DNA of 49,282 bases from positions 1-49,282 of the forward strand of contig JAYENB010000187.1 of NCBI GenBank assembly GCA_034721855.1, in the 5' to 3' direction. The stretch is from Bacteroidota bacterium (lineage in GTDB: Bacteria > Bacteroidota > Bacteroidia > Bacteroidales > ML635J-15). Below are positions 8,126-17,624 of the stretch, piece by piece. Each line of letters starts with the position of its first letter. The stretch's first letter is position 1. Made by a program: the position numbers and the translations under genes. The notes beneath the pieces were generated by a model, which saw only the letters and a program-made list of their open reading frames with translations, was not told the origin of the DNA and searched no databases.

Positions 8126-8254
8126 TTGAAATTTAAAGTACAAAAAAATATCAATAAACTTTTTGTTAAACTTCTTTGTTTTCATTATTTAAGCTGTTAT
8201 TTTTACCTTTGTATATTTGGAAATACATTGGAAACATTTTAAAGAAAGATACTT

Positions 8255-9451
8255 ATGGCAAAACAAACTATTGTAAAATTACCAGGAGACGGCATTGGCC
8301 GTAATGTTTTGGAAGCTGCTATCCGCGTGTTGGAAGCAGCAGGTTTTGAAGCAGAATACGTTGAAGCTGATATCGGTTGGGAATTCTGGAAAAAGGAAGG
8401 AAATCCCCTGCCAGAACGCACCATTGATCTGATTGAAAAACACAAAATTGCCCTTTTTGGGGCTATCACATCAAAACCCAAAGATGAAGCTGCTGAAGCA
8501 CTTGCCCCTGAACTTCAGGACAAAGGACTGGTGTATTCATCTCCCATTGTGGGATTGCGTCAGCATTTTGGATTAGACATTTGTCAGCGACCATGCCGGA
8601 CATACAAAGGCAACCCGCTGAATTTTATCCGCAGGGGTGCGGAAGGCAAAATTGAAGAACCCCAGATAAACACTGTTATCTTCAGGCAAAATACCGAAGG
8701 CCTGTATGGTGGTGTGGAATGGTCTAATCCGGATGATCAGGTGTATAATGCCCTGATGACACATCCGAAATTTAAAAAGAACTTTGGAAAAACGCCGCGT
8801 GAAGAACTCGCTATATCCACAAGAATTTTTACCAGGAAAGCCACAGAACGCATTCTCCGCGCTGCATTTGAGTATGCCAAAGAGTTCGGATTTGAATCCG
8901 TGACGGTGTGTGAAAAACCCAATGTTATCCGCGAAACATCAGGGATGATGTACAAAATGGCCCTCGAAATGCAGAAAAAAGATTACCCCGATATTTGGGT
9001 TAAAAACACCAATATTGATGCGCAAATGATGTGGATGACAAAAAATCCGGAAGATTATGGCGTACTTGTGGCCGGAAATATGTTTGGAGACATTGCTTCT
9101 GATGGTTTTGCCGGACTTATCGGCGGCCTGGGTTTTGCCTGTTCCGCTCAATTTAATCCCGACAGCGGTATTGGTGTGTTTGAACCTACTCATGGTTCTG
9201 CCCCAAAATATGCCGAATACGATACATCCATTGTCAATCCGATTGCAATGATCGAATCTGCCTGCATGATGCTCGATTACATTAAGGAATATGATACCGC
9301 TAAAAAAATCCGCAAAGCAATAGCTACTGTCATTGAAGAAGGAAAAGTACGTACTTATGACATGCTGAAAATGCGTGGCAAACCCGATGTGGTTAAGAAT
9401 GGTGCTGCCAGCACTGATCAAATGGCGGATGCTATCATTGACAAACTATAA
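8255..9451 (+). CDS. Isocitrate/isopropylmalate dehydrogenase family protein, homoisocitrate-dehydrogenase-like
   Basis: LPGDGIG, RQNTEGLY, NMFGDIASD, FEPTHGSAP, NPIAMI; substrate loop YSSPIVGLR. Confidence 0.88.
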   Translation: MAKQTIVKLPGDGIGRNVLEAAIRVLEAAGFEAEYVEADIGWEFWKKEGNPLPERTIDLIEKHKIALFGAITSKPKDEAAEALAPELQDKGLVYSSPIVGLRQHFGLDICQRPCRTYKGNPLNFIRRGAEGKIEEPQINTVIFRQNTEGLYGGVEWSNPDDQVYNALMTHPKFKKNFGKTPREELAISTRIFTRKATERILRAAFEYAKEFGFESVTVCEKPNVIRETSGMMYKMALEMQKKDYPDIWVKNTNIDAQMMWMTKNPEDYGVLVAGNMFGDIASDGFAGLIGGLGFACSAQFNPDSGIGVFEPTHGSAPKYAEYDTSIVNPIAMIESACMMLDYIKEYDTAKKIRKAIATVIEEGKVRTYDMLKMRGKPDVVKNGAASTDQMADAIIDKL

Positions 9452-9476
9452 GTTACCCCCTCCCTATCCCCAACAT

Positions 9477-9514
9477 AAGCACCTGTCAGACGCCCGTTTG
9501 GCAGGTGCTTTTTT
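9477..9514 (+). terminator. Intrinsic terminator
   Basis: aagcacctgtcaga...tttggcaggtgctt followed by T tract. Confidence 0.8.
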
Positions 9515-9569
9515 GTTCATTTCAATCCCTTGTGTTACCTTAGTATGCTCATATTAAACACACAAAATT

Positions 9570-10529
9570 ATGTTACTCAAAATAACAATCGTTCTTGCTG
9601 TCATATTTCAGGTTATTGCTGCATACCAGGCACTCAAACTGACAAAACGCACCAAATACAATTTTTCCTGGATCATGATTTCTGTGGGAATTGCCGCCTT
9701 GTTGATACGGCGGGTGGTGGAATTTTTACCTCTGGTGAGCAATTTTCAAGCCCAGGATTTCCGTTTATTGTACATTTGGGTCGGGGTGCTGTCCTCGCTT
9801 TTCCTGGCATTGGGGTTGCTGCTCATCAAGCAGATTTTTAATTACATCGACCGCATGGAAGCCGAACGCCGTGAAGCCGAAAAACAACTGCTCTCATCGG
9901 TTATCGTTACCGAAGAATCTGAACGTAAACGCCTCGCCAGGGAATTGCATGATGGCCTTGGCCCGTTGATGTCCGGTATTCGCATGTCGGTGTCTGCCCT
10001 CCAAAAACAACTGACTGACGAAAAGCAAAAACAAATCGCTGGAAATGCCAATAAACTGGTGCAGGAAGCATTGAAATCCGTCAAAGACATTTCTACCAAC
10101 CTGAGCCCCCACATGCTCGAAAATTTTGGCCTGGTACAAGCTTTGAAAAATTTCATCAATAAAATCGGTGCGTCTTCTGAGCTGAACATAACATACAACA
10201 CTACCTTAAAAAATGAAAATTTTCCCCATAAAATCGAAATCATTGTGTATCGTGTGATTTGTGAAATGCTTACCAATACAGTCAAACATGCTGCAGCTTC
10301 ACAGGTAGTTATTAACCTCGATCAAACCAACAACGCATTAATGATTGATTATGCTGATGATGGAAAAGGATTTAACCTTCAGGACGTTTTTAACAAAAAA
10401 CAAGGCATGGGGTTATCGAATATGTATTCACGGATAGCTTCCATCAATGGCAGTGTTGATATTGATACGGCAAAAGAAAATGGAATCGTTATAAAAATTT
10501 ATATACCTTTGAATCACGATGAAATCTGA
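9570..10529 (+). CDS. Membrane sensor histidine kinase (HisKA_3, NarX/UhpB type), three N-terminal TM helices
   Basis: ERKRLARELHDGLG, EMLTNTVKHA, DDGKGF, GMGLSNM. Confidence 0.92.
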   Translation: MLLKITIVLAVIFQVIAAYQALKLTKRTKYNFSWIMISVGIAALLIRRVVEFLPLVSNFQAQDFRLLYIWVGVLSSLFLALGLLLIKQIFNYIDRMEAERREAEKQLLSSVIVTEESERKRLARELHDGLGPLMSGIRMSVSALQKQLTDEKQKQIAGNANKLVQEALKSVKDISTNLSPHMLENFGLVQALKNFINKIGASSELNITYNTTLKNENFPHKIEIIVYRVICEMLTNTVKHAAASQVVINLDQTNNALMIDYADDGKGFNLQDVFNKKQGMGLSNMYSRIASINGSVDIDTAKENGIVIKIYIPLNHDEI

Positions 10530-11166
10530 CCATAAAATAAAAGTAATGCTTGTTGATGACCATGCCTTGTTCAGGAATGGCTTAAAAACCCTCTTAGAAG
10601 CATCAAAACACATAAAGGTTGTCAGCGAAGCCGCAAACGGAAAAGATTTTTTGACAACAATACGCAGCCAAAAACCCGATGTGGTGTTGCTCGATATTGC
10701 CATGCCGGTGATGGATGGGGTGGAAGCAGCATCACAAGCATTGACTCTTTATCCCGACTTAAAAATCATTACCCTTTCCATGTATGGGGATGAAAATTAT
10801 TACAACCGGATGGTAGAAGCCGGGGTTAAAGGGTTTATTCTGAAAGATTCGGAAATTGATGAAGTGGAAAAGGCCATCATCACGGTAGATGCCGGAAGAA
10901 CCTATTTTTCACAGGAATTATTGCAGTCCTTGCTCGAAGGCTTAAAAAAAGATGACAGCGTGGAAAAAAACGTCCTCTCTGAAAGGGAAATTGAAGTGGT
11001 GCAACATGTCTGCAGGGGGAAATCAAACATCGAAATTGCAGATGAAATGTATCTCAGCAAACGAACAGTGGAAAAACACCGTGCCAACATCATGGAAAAA
11101 ACACGTTGCAAAAACACGGCCAGCCTTGTTATTTTTGCGGTGAAAAATAACATTTATGAGGTGTGA
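10519..11166 (+). CDS. NarL/LuxR family response regulator
   Basis: LVDDH, LLDIAMP, LSEREIEV...TVEKHRANIMEK; overlaps the kinase stop. Confidence 0.95.
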   Translation: MKSDHKIKVMLVDDHALFRNGLKTLLEASKHIKVVSEAANGKDFLTTIRSQKPDVVLLDIAMPVMDGVEAASQALTLYPDLKIITLSMYGDENYYNRMVEAGVKGFILKDSEIDEVEKAIITVDAGRTYFSQELLQSLLEGLKKDDSVEKNVLSEREIEVVQHVCRGKSNIEIADEMYLSKRTVEKHRANIMEKTRCKNTASLVIFAVKNNIYEV

Positions 11167-11281
11167 TTTCTTCCTTTTTATGTTTTTCGTTGAATAATAA
11201 AATAACCATACCACCGTTTGTTAACCAAAACAAAACAATTGATTTGCAGTGTGGCTGCAGTAAGATTATTATCTTTGCATT

Positions 11282-12724
11282 ATGCGCATTATTATCATAT
11301 CACTTATTATCGGGGTAGGCATCGCTTTTTTTAGTGCTTGTGATATGGAACAGTTTACAACGGACCCTAAGGATAAGTTGAGCTTTTCCAGGGATACAGT
11401 GCAGTTTGATACGATATTCACAAGCATAGGGTCCACAACCAAATATTTTACCGTCATCAACCCGCATGACAAAGCATTAAAAATTGATAAAATTGCTTTG
11501 GCACGTGGCAAACAATCTGTTTTCCGTTTAAACATTAACGGGTATCAGTCAACTACGTTAACCGATGTGGAAATATTACCAAACGATTCCATTTTTGTAT
11601 TTGTGGAAGTGACCATTGACCCTTCAACCAACGATATGGTGGAAAAAGATTCTGTTGTATTTCAGGTTAACAGCAACAACCAGGATGTAAAACTGGTGGC
11701 TTTCGGGCAAAATGTGCATCTTTTCAATGGAAAAACCATCACAAACGATACCATCTGGACAAACGATAAACCATTTCTTATTTACAACTCCCTGTTGGTT
11801 GACGAAAACGTGACATTGCAAATTCAGCAAGGTACACAATTGCATTTTCATTACGGTTCCAGCATGCTTGTGAACGGAAGCCTGAAAGTATATGGTACTT
11901 ATGATCAGCCTGTGGTTTTCCAGGGCGACCGGTTAGAGAATTACTACGATGATATCCCCGGACAATGGGGAGCATGGCTTGAACTTGACGGAGGCGGGAT
12001 ATATTTGTTGGGTGGATTGCACTTCCTACAGGGAAGCAAAAACAACGAATTGTATTACACAGAGATAAAAAACAGCATCATTGGTGTCCGTGCCGATTCT
12101 GTGGTTACTCCCAGCACACCCACACTCACCATGGACAATTGCATTGTTCAGCACATGAATGTGGCCGGATTGTATGGTGCCGGGGCTCACATTGAAGCTA
12201 CCAACAGCCTTTTTTCAGACTGTGGCCAATATACGGCTGCTCTGCTTTACGGAGGCAATTATGATTTTAGGCATTGTGTATTTGCCAATTACTTTTCAGG
12301 CACAAGGCAAACAAGTTCCGTGGTGCTGAACAATTATTTTGCCTATGATAACTCAAGCGGGCAAACCATTGTGGACACAAGGCCATTTGATGCTTTTTTT
12401 GGTAATTGCATTGTGTATGGTAACCTTGAAGAAGAGTTGGAAATAGACGGTATTGAAGAAGGTGGCTTTGAATACCTGTTTGACCATTGCCTCATCAAAA
12501 CACAGCTTGCTACCAACAACCCTCACTTTAATGTAGTTATGCTTAATCAGGCCCCCGAATTTATTGATAAATACGTAAATTACGATTTCAGACTTGATTC
12601 ACTTTCTCCTGCCATAGATGCCGGGGATGTTGATATAGCCAATACCGTACCCATTGATTATGACGGAAACAGCCGTTTAATTGACGATGGTCCGGATATG
12701 GGTGCCTTTGAACGAATGCAATAA
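11282..12724 (+). CDS. Lipoprotein with Ig-like N-domain and right-handed beta-helix (choice-of-anchor Q-like end)
   Basis: Lipobox FFSAC followed by acidic residues; C-terminal DFRLDSLSPAIDAG...DYDGNSR...PDMGAFE. Confidence 0.75.
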   Translation: MRIIIISLIIGVGIAFFSACDMEQFTTDPKDKLSFSRDTVQFDTIFTSIGSTTKYFTVINPHDKALKIDKIALARGKQSVFRLNINGYQSTTLTDVEILPNDSIFVFVEVTIDPSTNDMVEKDSVVFQVNSNNQDVKLVAFGQNVHLFNGKTITNDTIWTNDKPFLIYNSLLVDENVTLQIQQGTQLHFHYGSSMLVNGSLKVYGTYDQPVVFQGDRLENYYDDIPGQWGAWLELDGGGIYLLGGLHFLQGSKNNELYYTEIKNSIIGVRADSVVTPSTPTLTMDNCIVQHMNVAGLYGAGAHIEATNSLFSDCGQYTAALLYGGNYDFRHCVFANYFSGTRQTSSVVLNNYFAYDNSSGQTIVDTRPFDAFFGNCIVYGNLEEELEIDGIEEGGFEYLFDHCLIKTQLATNNPHFNVVMLNQAPEFIDKYVNYDFRLDSLSPAIDAGDVDIANTVPIDYDGNSRLIDDGPDMGAFERMQ

Positions 12725-12735
12725 AATAGATTGTT

Positions 12736-13782
12736 ATGAAAAAAATCGCATGTCTTTTTTTGTTCTGTTTCCTGCTGTCATTGACACTTTCAGCACAATC
12801 TGATAAGGAAACACCAGAATATACCGGAACCATTATGTTCTACAACGTTGAAAACCTTTTCCACCCTGATGATGACCCGGACAAATGGGATGAGGAGTTT
12901 ACTCCCAAAGGGGACAGGTACTGGACTTCATACCGGTATTACAAAAAATTATTCCAAATATATCAGGTGATTACAGCCGTTGGCGAATGGAACCCTCCGG
13001 ACATGGTTGGTCTGTGTGAAATTGAAAACCGCCAGACACTGCAGGACCTCATTAACAAAACGCCATTGTTCAATGCGGGTTATGACATCATTCATTATGA
13101 GTCACCAGATGGCAGAGGTATTGATGTTGGGTTGTTGTACCGCACCAAAACCTTTAAGCCATTGAAAGATTACCCCATTCCTGTAACCTTTAGTGGAAGC
13201 AGGAGGGCTACCAGAGATATACTGTTTGTGAAAGGCGTATTGAACAACAGAGATACCCTGCATCTTTTTGTCAACCATTGGCCTTCACGCTGGGGCGGAC
13301 AAATGGAAACAGAACCGAAACGTGTAAGGGCAGCTTCCATTTTAAGAAAACATGTGGACAGTATTTTTGTTGTGGCTCCACATGCCAATATCATCATCAT
13401 GGGAGATTTGAATGACCATCCTGATAACAAGTCTGTATCAGAAACCCTCGGGGCTATAAACGGAGATTACGATAATCCTGAACAGGATGAATTGTACAGT
13501 ATGGGGTATTACCTGCAAAACAAAACTGGGCTTGGTTCTCATAAATATCAGGGGGAATGGGGTGTGTTAGACCATCTCATCATTTCCGGCAACCTCCTCA
13601 ACCAGGAAACAATGCCTTTTACCGATCTGGATAACGTCCACATTTTTAATAAAGATTTTCTTTTGGAAAAGGATGAAAAGAACACCGGTAAAAGGCCCAA
13701 CCGTACTTACATAGGGTTTAAATACCACGGAGGTTACTCCGACCACTTGCCTGTGTATCTTAAACTTTTTCGAAAGAATTGA
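12736..13782 (+). CDS. Exported endonuclease/exonuclease/phosphatase (EEP) family protein
   Basis: Signal peptide; YNVENLF, GLCEIEN, NHWPSR, MGDLND, SDHLPV. Confidence 0.92.
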   Translation: MKKIACLFLFCFLLSLTLSAQSDKETPEYTGTIMFYNVENLFHPDDDPDKWDEEFTPKGDRYWTSYRYYKKLFQIYQVITAVGEWNPPDMVGLCEIENRQTLQDLINKTPLFNAGYDIIHYESPDGRGIDVGLLYRTKTFKPLKDYPIPVTFSGSRRATRDILFVKGVLNNRDTLHLFVNHWPSRWGGQMETEPKRVRAASILRKHVDSIFVVAPHANIIIMGDLNDHPDNKSVSETLGAINGDYDNPEQDELYSMGYYLQNKTGLGSHKYQGEWGVLDHLIISGNLLNQETMPFTDLDNVHIFNKDFLLEKDEKNTGKRPNRTYIGFKYHGGYSDHLPVYLKLFRKN

Positions 13783-13826
13783 ATGTTTGTCAGTATTTTG
13801 CTTGTTGGAAATGCAGGTGTTTTTCG

Positions 13827-13926
13827 TTTTGGCAAAAGCATTAAAGCTTTTTGATTCTTCAATTGCTCTGTCCTTTAGGGCAGAGCTAATTGATTGAACC
13901 GAAAAAAATCTTAGGGCTTTAGCCCT
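13827..13926. repeat. REP-like element (central palindrome plus GGCTTTAGCC arm)
   Basis: aattgctctgtcc-ttta-gggcagagctaatt, gggctttagccc and a degenerate ttggcaaaagc arm. Confidence 0.6.
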
Positions 13927-13999
13927 TTTATTATTGTTAATCTTCATATTTTTCGAAGGTATTTTTCCGGGAATAAAAACATTTACAACTTTGTTCCTA

Positions 14000-14287
14000 T
14001 CAATCAGTAGAATTTTCCTGATATTTTATGAAACCAAAAATTTCAATTGAGTTTTTAGACTCATTTACTCTAAAAACAATACAATAGCCTTTAAAAATTA
14101 AGTCTCTAATAGAATTATCATCGAAGTATATCGATTTTCTGTAAGAATAAGGATGATTGGGGATTTTCTTAATTTGCTCTAACAAATCGTTTTTGAACCT
14201 TCTCGCTCTTGATGGAAAATCATATGCAATATAACTCACTTGTCTTTCTAACCTGTCAGTAAAAGTAGATTTAAATTCTATTTTCAT
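14000..14287 (-). CDS. Type II TA toxin, RelE/ParE family
   Basis: 95 aa; YIAYDFPSRARRF...PYSYRKS...IRDLIFKGYCIVFRV; overlaps the upstream small acidic ORF. Confidence 0.85.
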   Translation of the reverse strand: MKIEFKSTFTDRLERQVSYIAYDFPSRARRFKNDLLEQIKKIPNHPYSYRKSIYFDDNSIRDLIFKGYCIVFRVNESKNSIEIFGFIKYQENSTD

Positions 14288-14510
14288 TTGCACGAATAGA
14301 GCTTTCAATTTTATTATCAACTTCTTCTAAGGTGTGGAAGGTAGCTTTACCAGAATCAATGTCATCTAATTCTTTTTCAAGATAATTTTTGGTTTCAGCA
14401 AAACTGTTTTCATTTGATAAGATTTCAATTTCATCCTTGCTGAATTTGCTTAAAAGCCACAAAAGCTTATCATAAACTTTTTCACTTATTTTCAATTTAA
14501 TGGTATGCAT
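14271..14510 (-). CDS. Putative cognate antitoxin
   Basis: 79 aa, acidic C-half (ELDDIDSGKATFHTLEEV), directly upstream of and overlapping the toxin; TAAATTTG promoter at 14530-14537 on minus. Confidence 0.75.
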   Translation of the reverse strand: MHTIKLKISEKVYDKLLWLLSKFSKDEIEILSNENSFAETKNYLEKELDDIDSGKATFHTLEEVDNKIESSIRANENRI

Positions 14511-14565
14511 ATCTTAAAGCTTCTTTTTGCAAATTTACGTAATTTTTTTGCATTTTGTCCAAATC

Positions 14566-14738
14566 ATTAATGAGTTCAGTTTAAAAAGTAAAAATAACAA
14601 AATTCTCCATCAAGCAACCGAGCCACAAAGACACCAAGTTTCACAAAGTACTAGTATTTAGTAATTTTAACTTTGTGATTTCTTTGTGTCTTTGCGGCTT
14701 TGTGGGATAAAATGACTTTTTAGACCGGGCTCATTAAT
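14566..14738. mobile_element. MITE-like element carrying a CACAAAG/CTTTGTG repeat hairpin
   Basis: Imperfect ~24-bp TIR attaatgagttcagtttaaaaagt / actttttagaccgggctcattaat; interior ccacaaagacaccaag...ctttgtgtctttgcggctttgtgg. Confidence 0.7.
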
Positions 14739-14828
14739 AAAAAATCTCAAACAGGCTTATTGTTTAACATGATTTTCAATATCTGAAAGAATTTTTATCT
14801 TTGATTCCTGAATTATAAAACCAAGGTT

Positions 14829-16187
14829 ATGACAGATAAAATTGTACCCAGGGGTGCTTTTACTTCTAAGTTTGGCATTGTTGCAGCAGCAGCAGGTTCG
14901 GCTGTCGGACTGGGAAATATCTGGCGTTTTCCGTATGTTGCCGGCGAAAATGGGGGCGGTGCTTTTTTGTTGATTTACATTGGCTTTATCCTTACCATTG
15001 GCATGTCTGTTATGCTGGCTGAATTTATCATCGGGAGACGTGCTCAGAAAAATGCACTGGGGTCATTCAAAAAGCTGGCTCCCGGAAAACCATGGTGGAT
15101 AGTAGGTTTTATGGGTATCGTTGCAGCATTTGTTATCCTTGCCTTTTACTCAACCATTGCAGGCTGGACAGTTGAATATCTTATTCAGGCAATCGGTAAT
15201 GGATTTGCAGGGAAAGATGCCGGTGCAATTTCCCAAATGTTTACTGATTTTCAAACCAGCACAACCAGGCCTTTGCTCTGGCAGTTAGTTTTTATGGTAT
15301 TGACAGCGGGCATTATTGTTTGCGGCGTTCAAAAAGGCATTGAGAAATACACCAAAATGTTAATGCCCCTCCTGGTATTACTCATCATTATAATGTGTAT
15401 CCGTTCGCTTACACTTTCGGGTGCTTCCGAAGGCGTGAATTTTCTTTTTAAACCGGATTTTTCAGAAATTACAGGGAAAGTAATCCTTGAAGCCCTTGGC
15501 CAGTCATTTTTCTCTATGAGCATTGGTATGGGAGCTTTAATTACATACGGATCTTATATTCAGAAAAATAATAACCTTCCAAAAACCACATTTCAGGTAG
15601 CAATCGCTGATACAGCCATTGCTATCCTTGCCGGGGTAATGATATTTCCGGCTGTTTTTGCTTTCAAGATGGAGCCCGATGCCGGAACTGGCCTCGTTTT
15701 TCAGGTATTGCCAAACATCTTTACTAAAATGGCAGGGGGCTATATCTTTGCTGTGATGTTTTTTCTTTTGCTGTCTGTGGCAGCACTTACATCAACCATT
15801 TCTGTACTCGAAGTGGTGGTAGCTTATGGCATTGAAGAATTGAATTTATCCCGAAAAAAAGCGACCATTATTTTTGCCTCTGCCATTGCTGTATTAGGGG
15901 TGTTTGCAACCCTGTCCTTTTCAGAGTTATCAGAATTTAAAATATTCGGACATACTATTTTTGGCAGCCTTGACTGGGTATCTGCTAATCTGTTGCTCCC
16001 GCTCGGTGGTGTATTTATTGTTATATTTCTCGGTTGGGTACTTGGGAAAAAAGCCATCGCTGATGAGGTTACAAACCATGGCCAAATCAAAATGCGTTTT
16101 CTTAGGGTATTTATTTTTATCCTGAAATACATTGCTCCGATAGCCATCATACTGGTATTTCTTAAAGCCATTGGTGTGCTTGGATAA
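14829..16187 (+). CDS. Sodium-dependent transporter, NSS/SNF family
   Basis: AGSAVGLGNIWRFPY...NGGGAF. Confidence 0.95.
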   Translation: MTDKIVPRGAFTSKFGIVAAAAGSAVGLGNIWRFPYVAGENGGGAFLLIYIGFILTIGMSVMLAEFIIGRRAQKNALGSFKKLAPGKPWWIVGFMGIVAAFVILAFYSTIAGWTVEYLIQAIGNGFAGKDAGAISQMFTDFQTSTTRPLLWQLVFMVLTAGIIVCGVQKGIEKYTKMLMPLLVLLIIIMCIRSLTLSGASEGVNFLFKPDFSEITGKVILEALGQSFFSMSIGMGALITYGSYIQKNNNLPKTTFQVAIADTAIAILAGVMIFPAVFAFKMEPDAGTGLVFQVLPNIFTKMAGGYIFAVMFFLLLSVAALTSTISVLEVVVAYGIEELNLSRKKATIIFASAIAVLGVFATLSFSELSEFKIFGHTIFGSLDWVSANLLLPLGGVFIVIFLGWVLGKKAIADEVTNHGQIKMRFLRVFIFILKYIAPIAIILVFLKAIGVLG

Positions 16188-16211
16188 AATTAAAATATTT
16201 AAAAGAAATGT

Positions 16212-17621
16212 ATGGAAATTTTTAACAGCATTACAGAATTTATTCACTCGGGCATCAGTTGGTACAATGAGTTTGTCGGAGGATATCTGCTTGTAGCCCT
16301 GCTTGTGCCAACAGGTATATTTTTTGCTTTTAAATTCAAGTTCCTGCATATTACCAGGCTTAAACATTCTTTCCGTGTCATCAGTGGTAAATATGATAAG
16401 GATAAAGACCTCGGTGATATCAATCACTTTAGGGCGCTTACAACAGCATTGTCGGCTACAGTTGGTACAGGGAATATTGTCGGCGTTGCGTTGGCTATCC
16501 AGTGGGGTGGCCCGGGCGCCATTTTCTGGATGTGGATAGTGGCCTTTTTTGGCATGATGCTGAAGTTTGTTGAATCAACCCTGGGTATTAAATACCGACA
16601 AACCAATAAAGATGGAACCGTTTCCGGTGGACCGATGTATTACATCGAACACGGATTGAAAGACAAACTGGGGAAATTTGCTAAAATACTGGCTGTTATT
16701 TTTGCTATCGCTGCTGTGATTTGTTCTTTTGGTACAGGAAATATGGCTCAGTCAAATTCCATTTCTGATGCCCTATCTACAAGTTACGGGGTTGATACAG
16801 TTTATACCGGCTTGATTATCACCATGCTGGTTCTGCTTGTTATTGTTGGTGGCATAAAGCGCATAGCAAGTGTGACTTCCAAACTGGTGCCTTTTATGGC
16901 TGTTTTTTATGTGCTCACAGCCCTGGTTATCATTGGTGTTATGTATAAAGAAATTCCCGGTGCTTTTGGAATGATATTCTCTGATGCATTTACAGGAACT
17001 GCAGCCACAGGAGGGTTTGCCGGTTCTGCTTTTATCATAACCTTAAAACTTGGTGTGCAACGTGGATTATTCAGCAATGAAGCCGGTCAGGGGTCTGCGC
17101 CTATAGCTCATGCTGCAGCAAAAACGGAATACCCTGTACGCGAAGGCCTGGTTGCTTCGGTTGGACCACTAATTGATACCCTGATTATTTGCTCCCTCAC
17201 AGCGCTTGTCATTCTGGTTACAGGAGCTTGGAAAACCAGTGCCGAAGGTGTGGCCATTACTATTGATAGTTTCAGAATTGGGTTGGAACCCATTGGGCTT
17301 GGATTAGTTTCAAGGCACCTGATTTCAATAGGACTGTTGCTCTTTGCTTTCTCCACCATCATTTCATGGTCTTATTATGGTAGCAGGGCTGTTCAATACC
17401 TGTTTGGATATAAGGCGATTAAACCCTATTATTGGGTGTTTGGAGCGTTCGTTTTTCTCGGCAGCATTTGGGGACTGGACATTGTCTGGGATTTTGTGGA
17501 TACGGTGATTACGTTTATGACCATTCCCAATTTGATTGGTATCATTTTACTGGCTCCTGTGGTGAAAAAGGAAATTGAAAAATATTTCAATTACATGGAC
17601 ACATCCAAAACACGCTATTAA
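16212..17621 (+). CDS. Alanine/glycine:cation symporter (AGCS)
   Basis: ATVGTGNIVGVA, GGPGAIFWMW, GGPMYY, FSNEAGQGSAPIAHA. Confidence 0.95.
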   Translation: MEIFNSITEFIHSGISWYNEFVGGYLLVALLVPTGIFFAFKFKFLHITRLKHSFRVISGKYDKDKDLGDINHFRALTTALSATVGTGNIVGVALAIQWGGPGAIFWMWIVAFFGMMLKFVESTLGIKYRQTNKDGTVSGGPMYYIEHGLKDKLGKFAKILAVIFAIAAVICSFGTGNMAQSNSISDALSTSYGVDTVYTGLIITMLVLLVIVGGIKRIASVTSKLVPFMAVFYVLTALVIIGVMYKEIPGAFGMIFSDAFTGTAATGGFAGSAFIITLKLGVQRGLFSNEAGQGSAPIAHAAAKTEYPVREGLVASVGPLIDTLIICSLTALVILVTGAWKTSAEGVAITIDSFRIGLEPIGLGLVSRHLISIGLLLFAFSTIISWSYYGSRAVQYLFGYKAIKPYYWVFGAFVFLGSIWGLDIVWDFVDTVITFMTIPNLIGIILLAPVVKKEIEKYFNYMDTSKTRY

Positions 17622-17624
17622 ACG

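Noticed and set aside
13567-13947. 126-aa minus-strand ORF
   Set aside because: Runs through a REP palindrome and antisense into the EEP gene; no protein features
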